From contig JBFJCP010000036.1 of NCBI GenBank assembly GCA_041615815.1, forward strand, positions 1-37,288: 37,288 nt of DNA. The letters are read 5' to 3'. Shown here piece after piece: positions 1 to 9,151 of the stretch; position 1 is the stretch's first letter; each line of letters begins with the position of its first letter. The position numbers were made by a program, and so were the translations under genes. Source of the stretch: Gemmatimonadales bacterium. GTDB taxonomy: Bacteria; Gemmatimonadota; Gemmatimonadetes; Gemmatimonadales; GWC2-71-9. The notes beneath the pieces are model-generated. The model was not told the origin of the DNA, did no database searches, and saw only the letters and a list, made by a program, of their open reading frames with translations.

Positions 1-13
1 ACGGAGCGCTGGT

Positions 14-679
14 TCAATGCGAAAGCCACGTCACCGCCTCCTCAACGGCCGCGACGGGGATTCCACCCGAGCCGGGTCCATCGTCGGACCAAATGGGCGC
101 TGCCGGGGCATGGACCAAAGACGGCGCACCCGCCCATGGTGTCAGCGCATCGAGCATTGGGTGGTACGCCTTCGGGTCGGGGCGGGTGGACACGAGCAGG
201 ATGGGTGGGGCCGCGCCCGACAGACCGTTCGGTGCACTCAATGCATGATCTTCCGTGTCCTGTTGCCGCGGGTGAGCCACCGGATCCCAAAGGACCAGTC
301 GAGCAATTGCTCCGTTCGTCTCGGAGGCTCGGAGTGCAACCGCTGCGCCCGCCCGCATCCCCACGAGGCCGATGCGTCCCACGCCACTCACGTCCTGGAG
401 TTCTTCCAGGGCCACACCGACGTCGCAAATGTGCCCATCCATGGATGCATCGTTCTCGGATCCGTCCGAATCTCCCGTGCCGTAGTAGTCGAACCTGAGG
501 ACATGAATCCCTTGCTCCGCCAGCTTGCGGGCCAGGAAGCGAACGGTCTTGTGCGCGGGGAAATATTCAGAGCCCACGGGGTTGCACAGTACGATCCCCA
601 AGGCTCCGCCACCGGCGGGCGGAGGATGGTGACAGCCGAACAGGCGGCGGTCTGACGAGCCGAAGTAGTAGGGGATCAT
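14..679 (-). CDS. Alpha/beta-fold hydrolase (exosortase-associated hydrolase 2-like / serine aminopeptidase S33-like)
   Basis: Motifs GIVLCNP.G.EY, VLRFDYYGTGDSDG, nucleophile elbow LVGMRAGA and LVLWDPV are typical of this subfamily. Confidence 0.8.
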   Translation of the reverse strand: MIPYYFGSSDRRLFGCHHPPPAGGGALGIVLCNPVGSEYFPAHKTVRFLARKLAEQGIHVLRFDYYGTGDSDGSENDASMDGHICDVGVALEELQDVSGVGRIGLVGMRAGAAVALRASETNGAIARLVLWDPVAHPRQQDTEDHALSAPNGLSGAAPPILLVSTRPDPKAYHPMLDALTPWAGAPSLVHAPAAPIWSDDGPGSGGIPVAAVEEAVTWLSH

Positions 680-766
680 CTGCGGAGGCCGGACTGGATC
701 TGCTGGATCATACGGCTCTCGGTTCGCAAGGAACGCGCCGACGGAATCGTTCGGTGGCCCTTGTCA

Positions 767-793
767 CCCCTGCCGCCTCGGCCGCCTATCCCC
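767..793. repeat. Intergenic GC-rich repeat, family B (CTGCCGCCT-x-GCCGCCTATCCC)
   Basis: CCCCTGCCGCCTCGGCCGCCTATCCCC is nearly identical to 5594-5617 and related to 2212-2222, 4212-4231 and the reverse complement at 32605-32638. Confidence 0.7.
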
Positions 794-799
794 TCGTAA

Positions 800-1387
800 T
801 CACGGCCCTGGCGGTCGTTGCCCCAGCATGGCCACGGAGAGCCATCCCACCGGTTCGCCGTCTACGTAGACCACGGACCACTGGCGTTCCGGATTGGCTA
901 CGGCCACGGGTTCACCGGGGCGCAACACGCGCACCACCGTGCCGGTGGTTCCCGGACGAGCCCGGATATTCACCCACGTCGAGGTCCACAGCGTGTCCGC
1001 GGCGGTGAGTGGTGGCAGGTTGCGAGGAAGCCGCGGCCGCTCACTGTCCGCGGGCGGTGCAGGCTCCGAATCGGGCTGTGCCGTGGCATCCGCGGCCGAG
1101 TCGTCGAACGCCGAGTTGGAGAACGAGTCGGTCGCGAAATCGGGCAACGCCGCCACCGGCAGTGGGCTCGTCACGTTCGATGGAGGCACGTTGGCCTGGA
1201 CGCGCCACACCGCGAGTGCCACCAGCACGGAGACCGACACCCCGGCCAGGGCCGGCCACCACTTGCGGCCGCGGTCCACGCGAATCTCGTCGCGGTCCTC
1301 GAGCGACAGGGGACGTCCGCACCCCGGACAGCGCGACGCCGCGCTGAGCACCGTGTGGTTACACTTGGGACACTTGATGAGGGCCAC
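800..1387 (-). CDS. Zinc-ribbon, single TM helix, acidic linker and C-terminal SH3b domain protein
   Basis: N-terminal CPKC...CPGC; hydrophobic WWPALAGVSVSVLVALAVW; C-terminal VNIRARPG...VVRVLRPGEPV...W..V...GWL (bacterial SH3). Confidence 0.75.
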   Translation of the reverse strand: MALIKCPKCNHTVLSAASRCPGCGRPLSLEDRDEIRVDRGRKWWPALAGVSVSVLVALAVWRVQANVPPSNVTSPLPVAALPDFATDSFSNSAFDDSAADATAQPDSEPAPPADSERPRLPRNLPPLTAADTLWTSTWVNIRARPGTTGTVVRVLRPGEPVAVANPERQWSVVYVDGEPVGWLSVAMLGQRPPGP

Positions 1388-1508
1388 GTTAAAACCTGCT
1401 CGCGGGTCACAAGACGCGCGGTGAAGTAGATCACCAGCAGCCGGCGCTCCGTCGCGATGCGGCGAGCGCGCAACGCCTTACATGATAAAGATATGCAAGG
1501 AGCGGGCC

Positions 1509-2099
1509 GTGCGGGGGATCGAGCAAATTCCCTGGTTGTACGACGCGGTGAACCGTCTGGCGGAGATGGCGGGTCTCGACGCCTGGCGCCGCTGGCTCGC
1601 GGGGGACGCCCGGGGCCGAATCCTCGAGCTGGGCGCGGGCACCGGCCGCAACCTTCCGCTCTACCCAGAAGGATCTCGGGTGGTCGCGCTCGAGCCGGAC
1701 CGCGGTGTGCTCGCTGCCGCACGCCGCCGGGCTCCCGGCTTCTCGTTCGTGCTCGGGAGGGCGGAGCATCTGCCGTTTCGCGCCAACGCGTTCGAGACCG
1801 TCGTGAGCGGGTTCGTGTTCTGCAGCGTAGATGACCCCGCCCGCGGCCTCAGGGAAGTGGGACGCGTGCTCGCACCTCAGGGCGAGCTTCGCATGATGGA
1901 ACATGTCCGCGCCACCGGCCGGCTCCACGCCCGGCTCCAGGACACCGTGCAACCAATGTGGACGTGGATGACGGGAGGCTGCCGCCCCAATCGCGATACC
2001 GAGCAAGCGGTACGCGATGCGGGCTTCGTGATCGACGATACCACTCGTCACGCTGACAGAACCCTCCGCCGCTTTGTGGCTAAAAAGCGGGTCGGATAA
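1509..2099 (+). CDS. Class I SAM-dependent methyltransferase
   Basis: Motif I ILELGAGTG plus AEHLPF, FVFCSVDDP..GLREV.RVL.P.G, MMEHVR and GGCRPNRDT. The GTG at 1509 follows AAGGAG and is preferred over the ATG at 1482. Confidence 0.9.
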   Translation: MRGIEQIPWLYDAVNRLAEMAGLDAWRRWLAGDARGRILELGAGTGRNLPLYPEGSRVVALEPDRGVLAAARRRAPGFSFVLGRAEHLPFRANAFETVVSGFVFCSVDDPARGLREVGRVLAPQGELRMMEHVRATGRLHARLQDTVQPMWTWMTGGCRPNRDTEQAVRDAGFVIDDTTRHADRTLRRFVAKKRVG

Positions 2100-2100
2100 G

Positions 2101-2236
2101 CGGGAGGGGAGGAATTAGACCGCAAGGGTGGCAGGGCGGGAGAGGAAATAGGAGGGCAGTATCGCCTCTGCCACCTCTGCCGCCGCTGCCACCTCTGCCT
2201 CTTCGGCACCCCTGCCTATCCCACCCCTACCCGCCA
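2101..2236. repeat. G-rich then C-rich intergenic tract with tandem 9-mers CC(T/G)CTGCCN (family B)
   Basis: Purine tract after the stop codon, then cctctgcca-cctctgccg-ccgctgcca-cctctgcct...cctgcctatccc, roughly complementary to the G-rich part. Confidence 0.65.
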
Positions 2237-2271
2237 CTTAACCAAAGCTTCATACGTGCTCGCTAAGATGC
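2237..2271 (+). promoter_or_regulatory. Putative OmpR/PmrA-type direct-repeat box plus -10 element
   Basis: CTTAAC-CAAAG-CTTCAT-N10-TAAGAT-GC; the same architecture occurs at 4243-4277. Confidence 0.6.
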
Positions 2272-2306
2272 GCAGCGGCCGTTGACTGGACCCTTAGGAA
2301 AGCACC

Positions 2307-2807
2307 ATGACCGCCACGCACATACATCTGATGCTCAACCATCTCCCCGTTGTCGGGGTGCCGCTCATCACCCTCGTGTTGTTGTGGGGTCTGTACAGGC
2401 GATCGCGGGAGATCATGCGTGTTGCACTGGTGTTGGCCATCGGGTTGACCCTCGTCACCTATGTGGTTGTCCGGTCTGGCGAGGCTGCCGAGGAGATCGT
2501 GGAGGAGCACCCCTGGGCTAGTGAAACGCTAATCGAGACACACGAGGAACGCGGCGAGCAGTCGCTGATTCTGATGCTCGTGGTGGGCGGGCTCTCGGCC
2601 GTGGCGCTGTGGCGGTTACGGGGTGAAGGAAAGCCGGAGCTGGTCTTTCCGGCCATCGTGGCCGGTGCGCTCCTCGTGAGTGCCGGGTCGCTCGGCTGGA
2701 CGGCGTGGGACGGGGGCCAGGTCCGTCACGACGAGATACGGGCGACGTCCCAGGCCCCGCCCGTGCCTGCCGGCCCGGCCGAGGTGGAGGAGGATGAGGA
2801 GCCCTGA
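2307..2807 (+). CDS. Four-TM membrane protein with conserved His residues (DUF2231-like)
   Basis: HIHLMLNHLP start, SGEAAEE, HEE and GGQVRHDEIR motifs; four hydrophobic segments; AGGA upstream. Confidence 0.75.
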   Translation: MTATHIHLMLNHLPVVGVPLITLVLLWGLYRRSREIMRVALVLAIGLTLVTYVVVRSGEAAEEIVEEHPWASETLIETHEERGEQSLILMLVVGGLSAVALWRLRGEGKPELVFPAIVAGALLVSAGSLGWTAWDGGQVRHDEIRATSQAPPVPAGPAEVEEDEEP

Positions 2808-2854
2808 ACGCTCACGGGGGTCGGGACCCCTGATCACAACGGGAGGAGCGTACC

Positions 2855-3277
2855 ATGAAATGGACGACACGAATGGCGGTGATCGGCGCCGCGCTGGCCG
2901 TGGCCGCGCCCGTGGCGCAGGCCCAGCAGCGGGGGGCCATTCCACCGCCCCAACAACATCAGATGGATCAGATGCGTCGAATGCATGAGATGCAGCAGCG
3001 GATGACGCATCTGATGACCCGGGTGCAGGAGATGAATCAGCAGATGCAGCAGCTCCGCGTCCGTGACGAGTTCCAACAGATGGGACGCCACATGCAGCAG
3101 ACCTGCGATCAGCTCCATCAAATGCTTCGTCAAATGGAGCGCCTGCACCAGGATCCCGAGTTCAAACGGCAGACTGAGCGCGTGCGCGAAATGGAGCGAA
3201 TGCAGGAGCGCATGCAGGAAATGCTCAAGTATATGGAAGAAGCTCAGGAGAGCCTCCAGAAGATGGCGCTGCCGTGA
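2855..3277 (+). CDS. Secreted Met/Gln-rich helical protein
   Basis: GGAGG RBS; signal peptide ending AQA; about 20 Met in a coiled-coil-like pattern. Confidence 0.8.
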   Translation: MKWTTRMAVIGAALAVAAPVAQAQQRGAIPPPQQHQMDQMRRMHEMQQRMTHLMTRVQEMNQQMQQLRVRDEFQQMGRHMQQTCDQLHQMLRQMERLHQDPEFKRQTERVREMERMQERMQEMLKYMEEAQESLQKMALP

Positions 3278-4164
3278 ACCGTGTGCTCGGTGGAGCGGGG
3301 CTGGCCGCCCTTTGCCTGGCGGTGCCTCCGGCACAGGCGCAGCGGCTCGACTATGAGGGCGGACTTTCCCTCTCCACCGGCAGCTACATCTTCACCGAGC
3401 GCACCACGAACTGGACCTTGTTCAACGGTCTCGCGCTCTCGGGCGGGCGGTTGAGCGTTCGGGTCACCGTGCCGCTCGTGATGCAGAACACCCGCTTGCT
3501 CACCAGTTCGGGCCTCGGGCAGATCCCCACCGGCGGGGGGCCCGCCAGCGGCGCTGTACGCGACTCCTCACGCGCCGGTGGCGACGGGATGGGTGGGGGG
3601 ATGGGGAGCGTCAGCGCCGTCTCGAACGCCGACAGCCGACGCCGGGTGGAGCCACCGCCGGCAGCGGTGACGGGATTCGAAGCGCATGTGGGCGATCCGG
3701 TTGTGTCCGCGGACCTCGGCGTTGTGCAAAGCCGCCGTGGATGGATCCGCGTGGGTGGGGCAATGAAGATCCCTCTCACGGACACGACCACGTTCGGAAC
3801 CGGCGCATGGGACGTGGGCGGAACGGTGTCGCTCGCGTACCTGGTGCGCGCATCGACCGCGCTGGGGATCGACGCGTCGGTCTGGCGCCTCGGTGATTTA
3901 CCGGAGCTGGATCTTCGAAATCCGGTGCTCGTGACGGTGGGGATCACGCACCTCACGGCCTCGGGATGGGGCGGATCCGCCAACCTCCAGGCCTCACGCT
4001 CCGTTGTTTCGGGGTTTCAGGACGCCGTGAGCATTGGCGTTGGCCTGAGCCGCCTATTGTCGCGCGGGACCGTCGGGGTCAGTGGCAGTATCGGACTCAC
4101 GGAGATGGCTCCGGATCTGTCGCTCGGGTTCTACTGGTCCATCGGAGTGTTCCGGCGGAACTAG
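3274..4164 (+). CDS. Putative outer-membrane beta-barrel protein
   Basis: GTGA overlap with the upstream stop; signal peptide ending AQA; alternating beta-strand pattern; aromatic C-terminal strand; GMGGGMG loop. Confidence 0.7.
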   Translation: MNRVLGGAGLAALCLAVPPAQAQRLDYEGGLSLSTGSYIFTERTTNWTLFNGLALSGGRLSVRVTVPLVMQNTRLLTSSGLGQIPTGGGPASGAVRDSSRAGGDGMGGGMGSVSAVSNADSRRRVEPPPAAVTGFEAHVGDPVVSADLGVVQSRRGWIRVGGAMKIPLTDTTTFGTGAWDVGGTVSLAYLVRASTALGIDASVWRLGDLPELDLRNPVLVTVGITHLTASGWGGSANLQASRSVVSGFQDAVSIGVGLSRLLSRGTVGVSGSIGLTEMAPDLSLGFYWSIGVFRRN

Positions 4165-4242
4165 GGGAAGAAGCGGATACAGCCGAGGGAGGTGTGCTGC
4201 CACGTCTACCACCCCTGCCGTCTATCCCGCCCTTCTCACCCC

Positions 4243-4277
4243 CTTCACCAACTCTTTAGATCCATCCCATAACCTGC
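4243..4277 (+). promoter_or_regulatory. Putative OmpR/PmrA-type direct-repeat box plus -10 element
   Basis: CTTCAC-CAACT-CTTTAG-N10-TAACCT-GC; same spacing as 2237-2271. Confidence 0.6.
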
Positions 4278-4308
4278 ATACAAACAATCACCTCACGGCG
4301 AGACCATC

Positions 4309-5511
4309 ATGCGTTCCCTATGGGTCTTCCTCGTCGGAATGGGTGTGGGCCTGGCCGCGTCGCCGCTCGTGGCGTACGAGATCCCGGCGTTCGCCCGCCG
4401 CTACGGGATGAGCTGTAGTGCCTGCCACGATCCGTTTCCCAGACTGACCGCGTTCGGCGACCTGTTCGCCGGGAACGGCTTCCGACTCGCCTCGGACGAA
4501 CCGGCGCGAGACACGATCGATACCGGCGACCGGCTGCTCGAGCTGGCGCGCGATATTCCTCTGGCCATCCGACTGGATGCATACATCCAGTCGTTCAACA
4601 ACGGCCAGACGGCCACGGATCTGAAGCTCCCGTACAATCTCAAGATCCTCTCAGGTGGTAGCATCTCCAAGAAGCTTTCCTATTATCTCTACTTTTTCCT
4701 GTTCGAGCGTGGCGAAGTGGGCGGGATCGAAGATGCCTTCGTGCAGGTGAACGACATCGGCGGACAACCGATCGACGTGGCGGTGGGGCAGTTTCAGGTC
4801 TCGGATCCCATGTTCAAACGCGAGCTCCGGCTCGAGTTCGAGGACTACGCCGTATACCGCGCGCGCATCGGGCTCCAGCCCGCCGATCTGACGTACGATC
4901 GCGGGATCATGGCAGCGACGGACTTTGGCGGTTTCACCTTCACGGCCGAGGTCGTGAACGGCAACGGCAAGGGGCCGGCCGAGCCGGATCTCAAGCTCGA
5001 CAACGATGCCATCAAGAGCTTCTTCGGGCACCTGACCCGGGAGGTCAGTCCCAACGTTCGCCTCGGCGTCATGGGGTATCGCGGCCGGCAAGTTGGAGCC
5101 GCCACCGAGTCGGCACCGGAGATCAAGAACACGCTCTGGATGCTCGGCGCGGACGCCACCATCACTCTTGGTCCCCTCGAGATCAACGGTCAGTACATCC
5201 ATCGAGAGGATAATGCGCCCACGTTCAGCGCGACGGAGGCGGAATCCCAGATGGATGGTGGTTTCGTGGAGGTGCTGCTCGTGCCGCCAAACAGCCGGTG
5301 GTATGCGTTGGCATTGTACAATCGGGTAGACGTGGATCGCCCGCTGCTCAACGTGCGATTGGGCGGTCCAAGCAACGTCACGCGCTACGAGACGTTGACG
5401 GGCGGCCTCGGCTATCTCCTCCGCCGCAACTTCCGCCTCATGGCGGAGGTAACGCTGGACACGCAGCTGGATGAGGCGCGCGGGACACTGGGGTTGGTGA
5501 CGGCGTTTTGA
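4309..5511 (+). CDS. Cyc2-like fused monoheme cytochrome c / outer-membrane porin
   Basis: Signal peptide followed by IPAFARRYGMS-CSACH-DPF-PRL, matching the Cyc2 PxFAR..CxxCH..PxL signature; beta-barrel body ending in Phe. Confidence 0.8.
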   Translation: MRSLWVFLVGMGVGLAASPLVAYEIPAFARRYGMSCSACHDPFPRLTAFGDLFAGNGFRLASDEPARDTIDTGDRLLELARDIPLAIRLDAYIQSFNNGQTATDLKLPYNLKILSGGSISKKLSYYLYFFLFERGEVGGIEDAFVQVNDIGGQPIDVAVGQFQVSDPMFKRELRLEFEDYAVYRARIGLQPADLTYDRGIMAATDFGGFTFTAEVVNGNGKGPAEPDLKLDNDAIKSFFGHLTREVSPNVRLGVMGYRGRQVGAATESAPEIKNTLWMLGADATITLGPLEINGQYIHREDNAPTFSATEAESQMDGGFVEVLLVPPNSRWYALALYNRVDVDRPLLNVRLGGPSNVTRYETLTGGLGYLLRRNFRLMAEVTLDTQLDEARGTLGLVTAF

Positions 5512-5617
5512 GAAAAGGCGACGGCAAAGCTGGCGGGAGACTAGCCGACCCAGACCCGGCGACAGAGGTCGGCAGATCAGCCTCTAGCTGCTCCTGCCGC
5601 CTTGCCGCCTATCCCGC
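5512..5617. repeat. Intergenic family B repeat (G-rich arm then CTGCCGCCTTGCCGCCTATCCCGC)
   Basis: GCGGGAGA...AAGGCGACGGCAAAG-type G-rich segment is roughly complementary to the downstream C-rich motif, which is shared with 767-793. Confidence 0.55.
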
Positions 5618-5689
5618 GCAATTTTTTTCATTAACTTGTTCTCCCAACCGTCGGTATCACATCGAGTTCCCCACGAGGACGGAGCGCCG

Positions 5690-6493
5690 ATGACCAACGC
5701 AACCGTGCCGCTCACGCGGCGCCGGGCCGGGCAGACCATGCGGCAGGACCTCTGGTGGGTCCAGCCCGCTGCCGTCTTCCTGGGCCTCTCTGCGTTCATC
5801 GTCTACGCCACGTGGGCGGCCTTCCAGGGCGCCCACTACCATTTTGGCCCCTATCTCTCGCCGTTCTACTCGCCGGAGCTGTTTGGCGAATCGTCTCACA
5901 GCTGGTTCGGACCCAAGCCCAGTTGGTGGGCCAGCTGGCTCCCATGGTCACCCGCGTTTTTCATTCTCTGGGCCCCTGGCGGGTTTCGCGTCACCTGCTA
6001 CTACTACCGCGGCGCGTACTACAAGGCCTTCTGGGCGGACCCGCCATCCTGCACCGTGGGCGAGCCGCGCAAACGGTACCTCGGTGAGGCATCGTTCCCG
6101 CTGATCCTGCAAAACGTCCATCGGTACTTTCTGTATCTAGCACTCGTGTTCGTCGTGATCCTGTCGTACGACGTGTGGCGCGCGCTCTGGTTCGAGGATG
6201 CCGCCACGGGGCAGGCGACGTTCGGGATCGGTGTGGGAACGCTCGTCCTCGCCCTCAATGTCATGTTCCTCGGCGGCTACACGCTCGGCTGCCACTCGCT
6301 GCGGCATCTGGTGGGTGGAGGACTCGACATTCTGGCTCGGCGCCCGGTCCGGCAGACGAGCTACCGCTGCGTGAGCTGTCTCAACCGACGGCACATGCTC
6401 TGGGCGTGGTTGAGCCTGTTCTGGGTAGCGTTCTCGGACCTCTACGTGCGGCTGTGCTCGATGGGTGTGCTCACGGATTGGAGAATCCTCTAA
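5690..6493 (+). CDS. Succinate dehydrogenase/fumarate reductase membrane anchor, mycobacterial Sdh1 (Rv0249c/type F)-like
   Basis: Motifs YLSPFYSP, FRVTCYYYRGAYYKAFW, FPLILQNVHRYF, YTLGCHSLRH and LNRRHM.WAW.SL; GGAG RBS before ATG 5690; TAATG overlap with sdhA. Confidence 0.88.
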   Translation: MTNATVPLTRRRAGQTMRQDLWWVQPAAVFLGLSAFIVYATWAAFQGAHYHFGPYLSPFYSPELFGESSHSWFGPKPSWWASWLPWSPAFFILWAPGGFRVTCYYYRGAYYKAFWADPPSCTVGEPRKRYLGEASFPLILQNVHRYFLYLALVFVVILSYDVWRALWFEDAATGQATFGIGVGTLVLALNVMFLGGYTLGCHSLRHLVGGGLDILARRPVRQTSYRCVSCLNRRHMLWAWLSLFWVAFSDLYVRLCSMGVLTDWRIL

Positions 6494-8316
6494 TGGAAGA
6501 GTATCCGATCCACGAGTATGACGTGATCGTCGTCGGCGCCGGCGGCGCGGGCCTGCGAGCGGCCATCGCGGCATCCGCGGAAGGCGCGTCGGTGGGACTG
6601 ATCTGCAAGTCGCTGCTCGGTAAGGCACACACGGTCATGGCGGAAGGTGGTGTGGCGGCCGCGCTGGCCAACGTGGATGATCGAGATAGCTGGCGCGTGC
6701 ACTTCGCCGATACGATGCGCGGTGGCCAGTATCTCAACCAGTGGCGCATGGCCGAGCTCCACGCCAAGGAAGCGCCGGCCCGAGTGCGAGAGCTGGAAGC
6801 GTGGGGTGCATTGTTCGACCGTACGCCGGACGGACGGATCCTCCAACGGAACTTCGGCGGCCACGCCTATCCCCGCCTGGCGCACGTGGGCGACCGCACG
6901 GGGCTGGAGATGATTCGCACCCTCCAGGACTACGGCATTCACCAGGGCATCCAAGTCCACATGGAATGCACGGTGACCACCCTGCTGGTGGATGCCGGTC
7001 GCGTCGTGGGTGCGCTTGGGTACGATCGGGAGCGGGGACGATTTCGTCTGTTTCATGCGGGGGCCGTTGTGCTCGCCACCGGTGGCATCGGCCGGGCCTT
7101 CCGCATCACCAGCAACAGCTGGGAGTACACGGGCGACGGCCACGCGCTGGCGTACGGAGCGGGGGCGGAGCTGGTGGACATGGAGTTCGTGCAGTTTCAC
7201 CCCACGGGCATGGTGTGGCCGCCGGGGGTGCAGGGCATTCTCGTAACGGAAGGAGTGCGTGGCGAGGGCGGGATTCTGGTGAACAGCGAGGGCCGCCGCT
7301 TCATGTTCGACGACGTGCCGCCCCTCTACCGCGACCAGACGGCCGATAGCCCTGAGGAGGGCTGGCGGTACACGCAGGGAGACAAGACGGCGCGCCGCCC
7401 GCCGGAGCTTCTCACCCGCGACCATGTGGCGCGCTGCATCGTCCGTGAGATCAAAGAAGGGCGGGGAAGTCCGCACGGGGGGGTATTCCTCGACATCGCC
7501 TGGATCAAAGCCAAGCTTCCCAACGCGCCGGCGCACATCCAGCGCAAGCTCCCGGGCATGTACCACCAGTTCAGAGAGCTAGCGGGCGTGGACATCACCC
7601 AGCAAGCCATGGAAGTGGGACCCACCACGCACTACGCCATGGGTGGCGTGCGGGTGGATCCCGACTCGCAGATGTCCAGCGTACCCGGGCTCTTCGCTGC
7701 CGGCGAATGTGCCGCAGGTCTCCACGGCGCCAATCGCCTTGGTGGCAATTCGCTCTCGGATCTTCTGGTGTTCGGCAAACGTGCCGGTGAGTATGCCGCC
7801 CGCTTCGCGAAAGATCATCAGGCGGGCCAGATCAATCGGGATCAGGTGGATCAAGCCGTTCGCATGGCTGTGGCCCCGTTCGAACGCACGGGCTCGGGAT
7901 CAAACGGGGACGCACCGTACCAGATTCAGCACGAGCTCCAGAACATGATGCAGGATTTCGTGGGCATCGTGCGCTCCGAACCCGAGATGCAACGTGCCAT
8001 CGAAGGCATTGCCGGCCTGCGAAAGCGCGCGGCGAGCGTCCATGTGCCGGGGAATCGGGAGTACAACCCCGGCTGGCACACGGCACTCGACCTCCCCAAT
8101 CTGCTCACAGTGGCCGAGGCCGTGGCTCGTGCGGCGCTCACGCGGAAGGAGAGCCGTGGTGCGCAGTTTCGCGAGGACTTTCCAGAGAAGGACCCTGAGT
8201 TGGGCGAGTACAACCTGGTGGTACGCCGGGGAGAGGATGGTAGCATGACCGTCGAGCGCCGGGCGCTGCCGGAGATGCCCGCCGAGCTGGCCCAGATCAT
8301 CGAGGAGTTCAAGTAA
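6493..8316 (+). CDS. sdhA: Succinate dehydrogenase/fumarate reductase flavoprotein subunit
   Basis: FAD-binding VGAGGAG, AHTVMAEGG, QFHPTG, TEGVRGEGG, THYAMGG, HGANRLGGNSL and ESRGA. The true start is ATG 6493, not 6175. Confidence 0.95.
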   Translation: MEEYPIHEYDVIVVGAGGAGLRAAIAASAEGASVGLICKSLLGKAHTVMAEGGVAAALANVDDRDSWRVHFADTMRGGQYLNQWRMAELHAKEAPARVRELEAWGALFDRTPDGRILQRNFGGHAYPRLAHVGDRTGLEMIRTLQDYGIHQGIQVHMECTVTTLLVDAGRVVGALGYDRERGRFRLFHAGAVVLATGGIGRAFRITSNSWEYTGDGHALAYGAGAELVDMEFVQFHPTGMVWPPGVQGILVTEGVRGEGGILVNSEGRRFMFDDVPPLYRDQTADSPEEGWRYTQGDKTARRPPELLTRDHVARCIVREIKEGRGSPHGGVFLDIAWIKAKLPNAPAHIQRKLPGMYHQFRELAGVDITQQAMEVGPTTHYAMGGVRVDPDSQMSSVPGLFAAGECAAGLHGANRLGGNSLSDLLVFGKRAGEYAARFAKDHQAGQINRDQVDQAVRMAVAPFERTGSGSNGDAPYQIQHELQNMMQDFVGIVRSEPEMQRAIEGIAGLRKRAASVHVPGNREYNPGWHTALDLPNLLTVAEAVARAALTRKESRGAQFREDFPEKDPELGEYNLVVRRGEDGSMTVERRALPEMPAELAQIIEEFK

Positions 8317-9059
8317 TGGCCAAAGCGACCTTCCGAATCTGGCGCGGCGATGCGGACGGAGGCGGCTTCCAGAGCTTCGCCACCGACGTGAGCGAGGGCA
8401 TGGTGGTGCTGGATGCCATTCATCAAATCCAGGCGCACCAGGCGGGCGACCTGGCCGTTCGCTGGAACTGCAAAGCCGGACGGTGCGGATCGTGCTCGGC
8501 TGAGATCAACGGCATGCCCAAGCTCATGTGCATGACCCGGCTCGAGGACTTGCCGTTGGATAGGCCAATCACGGTGGAGCCCATGAAGGCGTTCCCCTTG
8601 GTCAAGGATCTGGTTACCGACGTGTCGTGGAACTATCGCGTCAAACGATCACTCGTGCCGTTCACGCCGCGGCCGCCGGACGATCCGGACGGCACATGGC
8701 GTATGGACCAGGGCGACGTGGATCGTGCCATGGAGTTTCGAAAGTGCATCGAGTGCTATCTCTGCCAGGACGTCTGCCACGTCCTGCGCGAGCACCATCT
8801 GCACGAGGAGTTCATCGGGCCGCGTTTCTTCGTCCACCTGGCATCGCTCGAGATGCACCCTCTGGACGTCGGGAATCGCCTCGAGGCACTGCGTCAGGAG
8901 AACGGTATTGGCTACTGCAACATCACCAAGTGTTGCACCAAGGTCTGCCCGGAACACATAACGATCACCGACAATGCGATCATTCCATTGAAAGAACGGG
9001 TGGTGGACGAGGCGTATGATCCGATTAAGAAGCTGCTGAGACTCGTGACGGGCGGCTGA
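8316..9059 (+). CDS. sdhB: Succinate dehydrogenase/fumarate reductase iron-sulfur subunit
   Basis: CKAGRCGSC...C, CIECYLCQDVC and CNITKCCTKVCP clusters; TAATG overlap with sdhA. Confidence 0.95.
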   Translation: MAKATFRIWRGDADGGGFQSFATDVSEGMVVLDAIHQIQAHQAGDLAVRWNCKAGRCGSCSAEINGMPKLMCMTRLEDLPLDRPITVEPMKAFPLVKDLVTDVSWNYRVKRSLVPFTPRPPDDPDGTWRMDQGDVDRAMEFRKCIECYLCQDVCHVLREHHLHEEFIGPRFFVHLASLEMHPLDVGNRLEALRQENGIGYCNITKCCTKVCPEHITITDNAIIPLKERVVDEAYDPIKKLLRLVTGG

Positions 9060-9151
9060 CTCCGTCTGCTGCCGCTCCTGCCGCCACCGCCGCTGATTCG
9101 TGAGCGGAAAACGGAGGCAGCGCAAGAAGTCACGCACGCCAAGGAGCACCG

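Noticed and set aside
6175..6492. N-terminal extensions in the ORF track (sdhA from 6175; also 5636, 19842, 27792, 35327)
   Set aside because: They overlap upstream genes or promoters; downstream starts have an RBS, a stop-start overlap or family-consistent N-termini.
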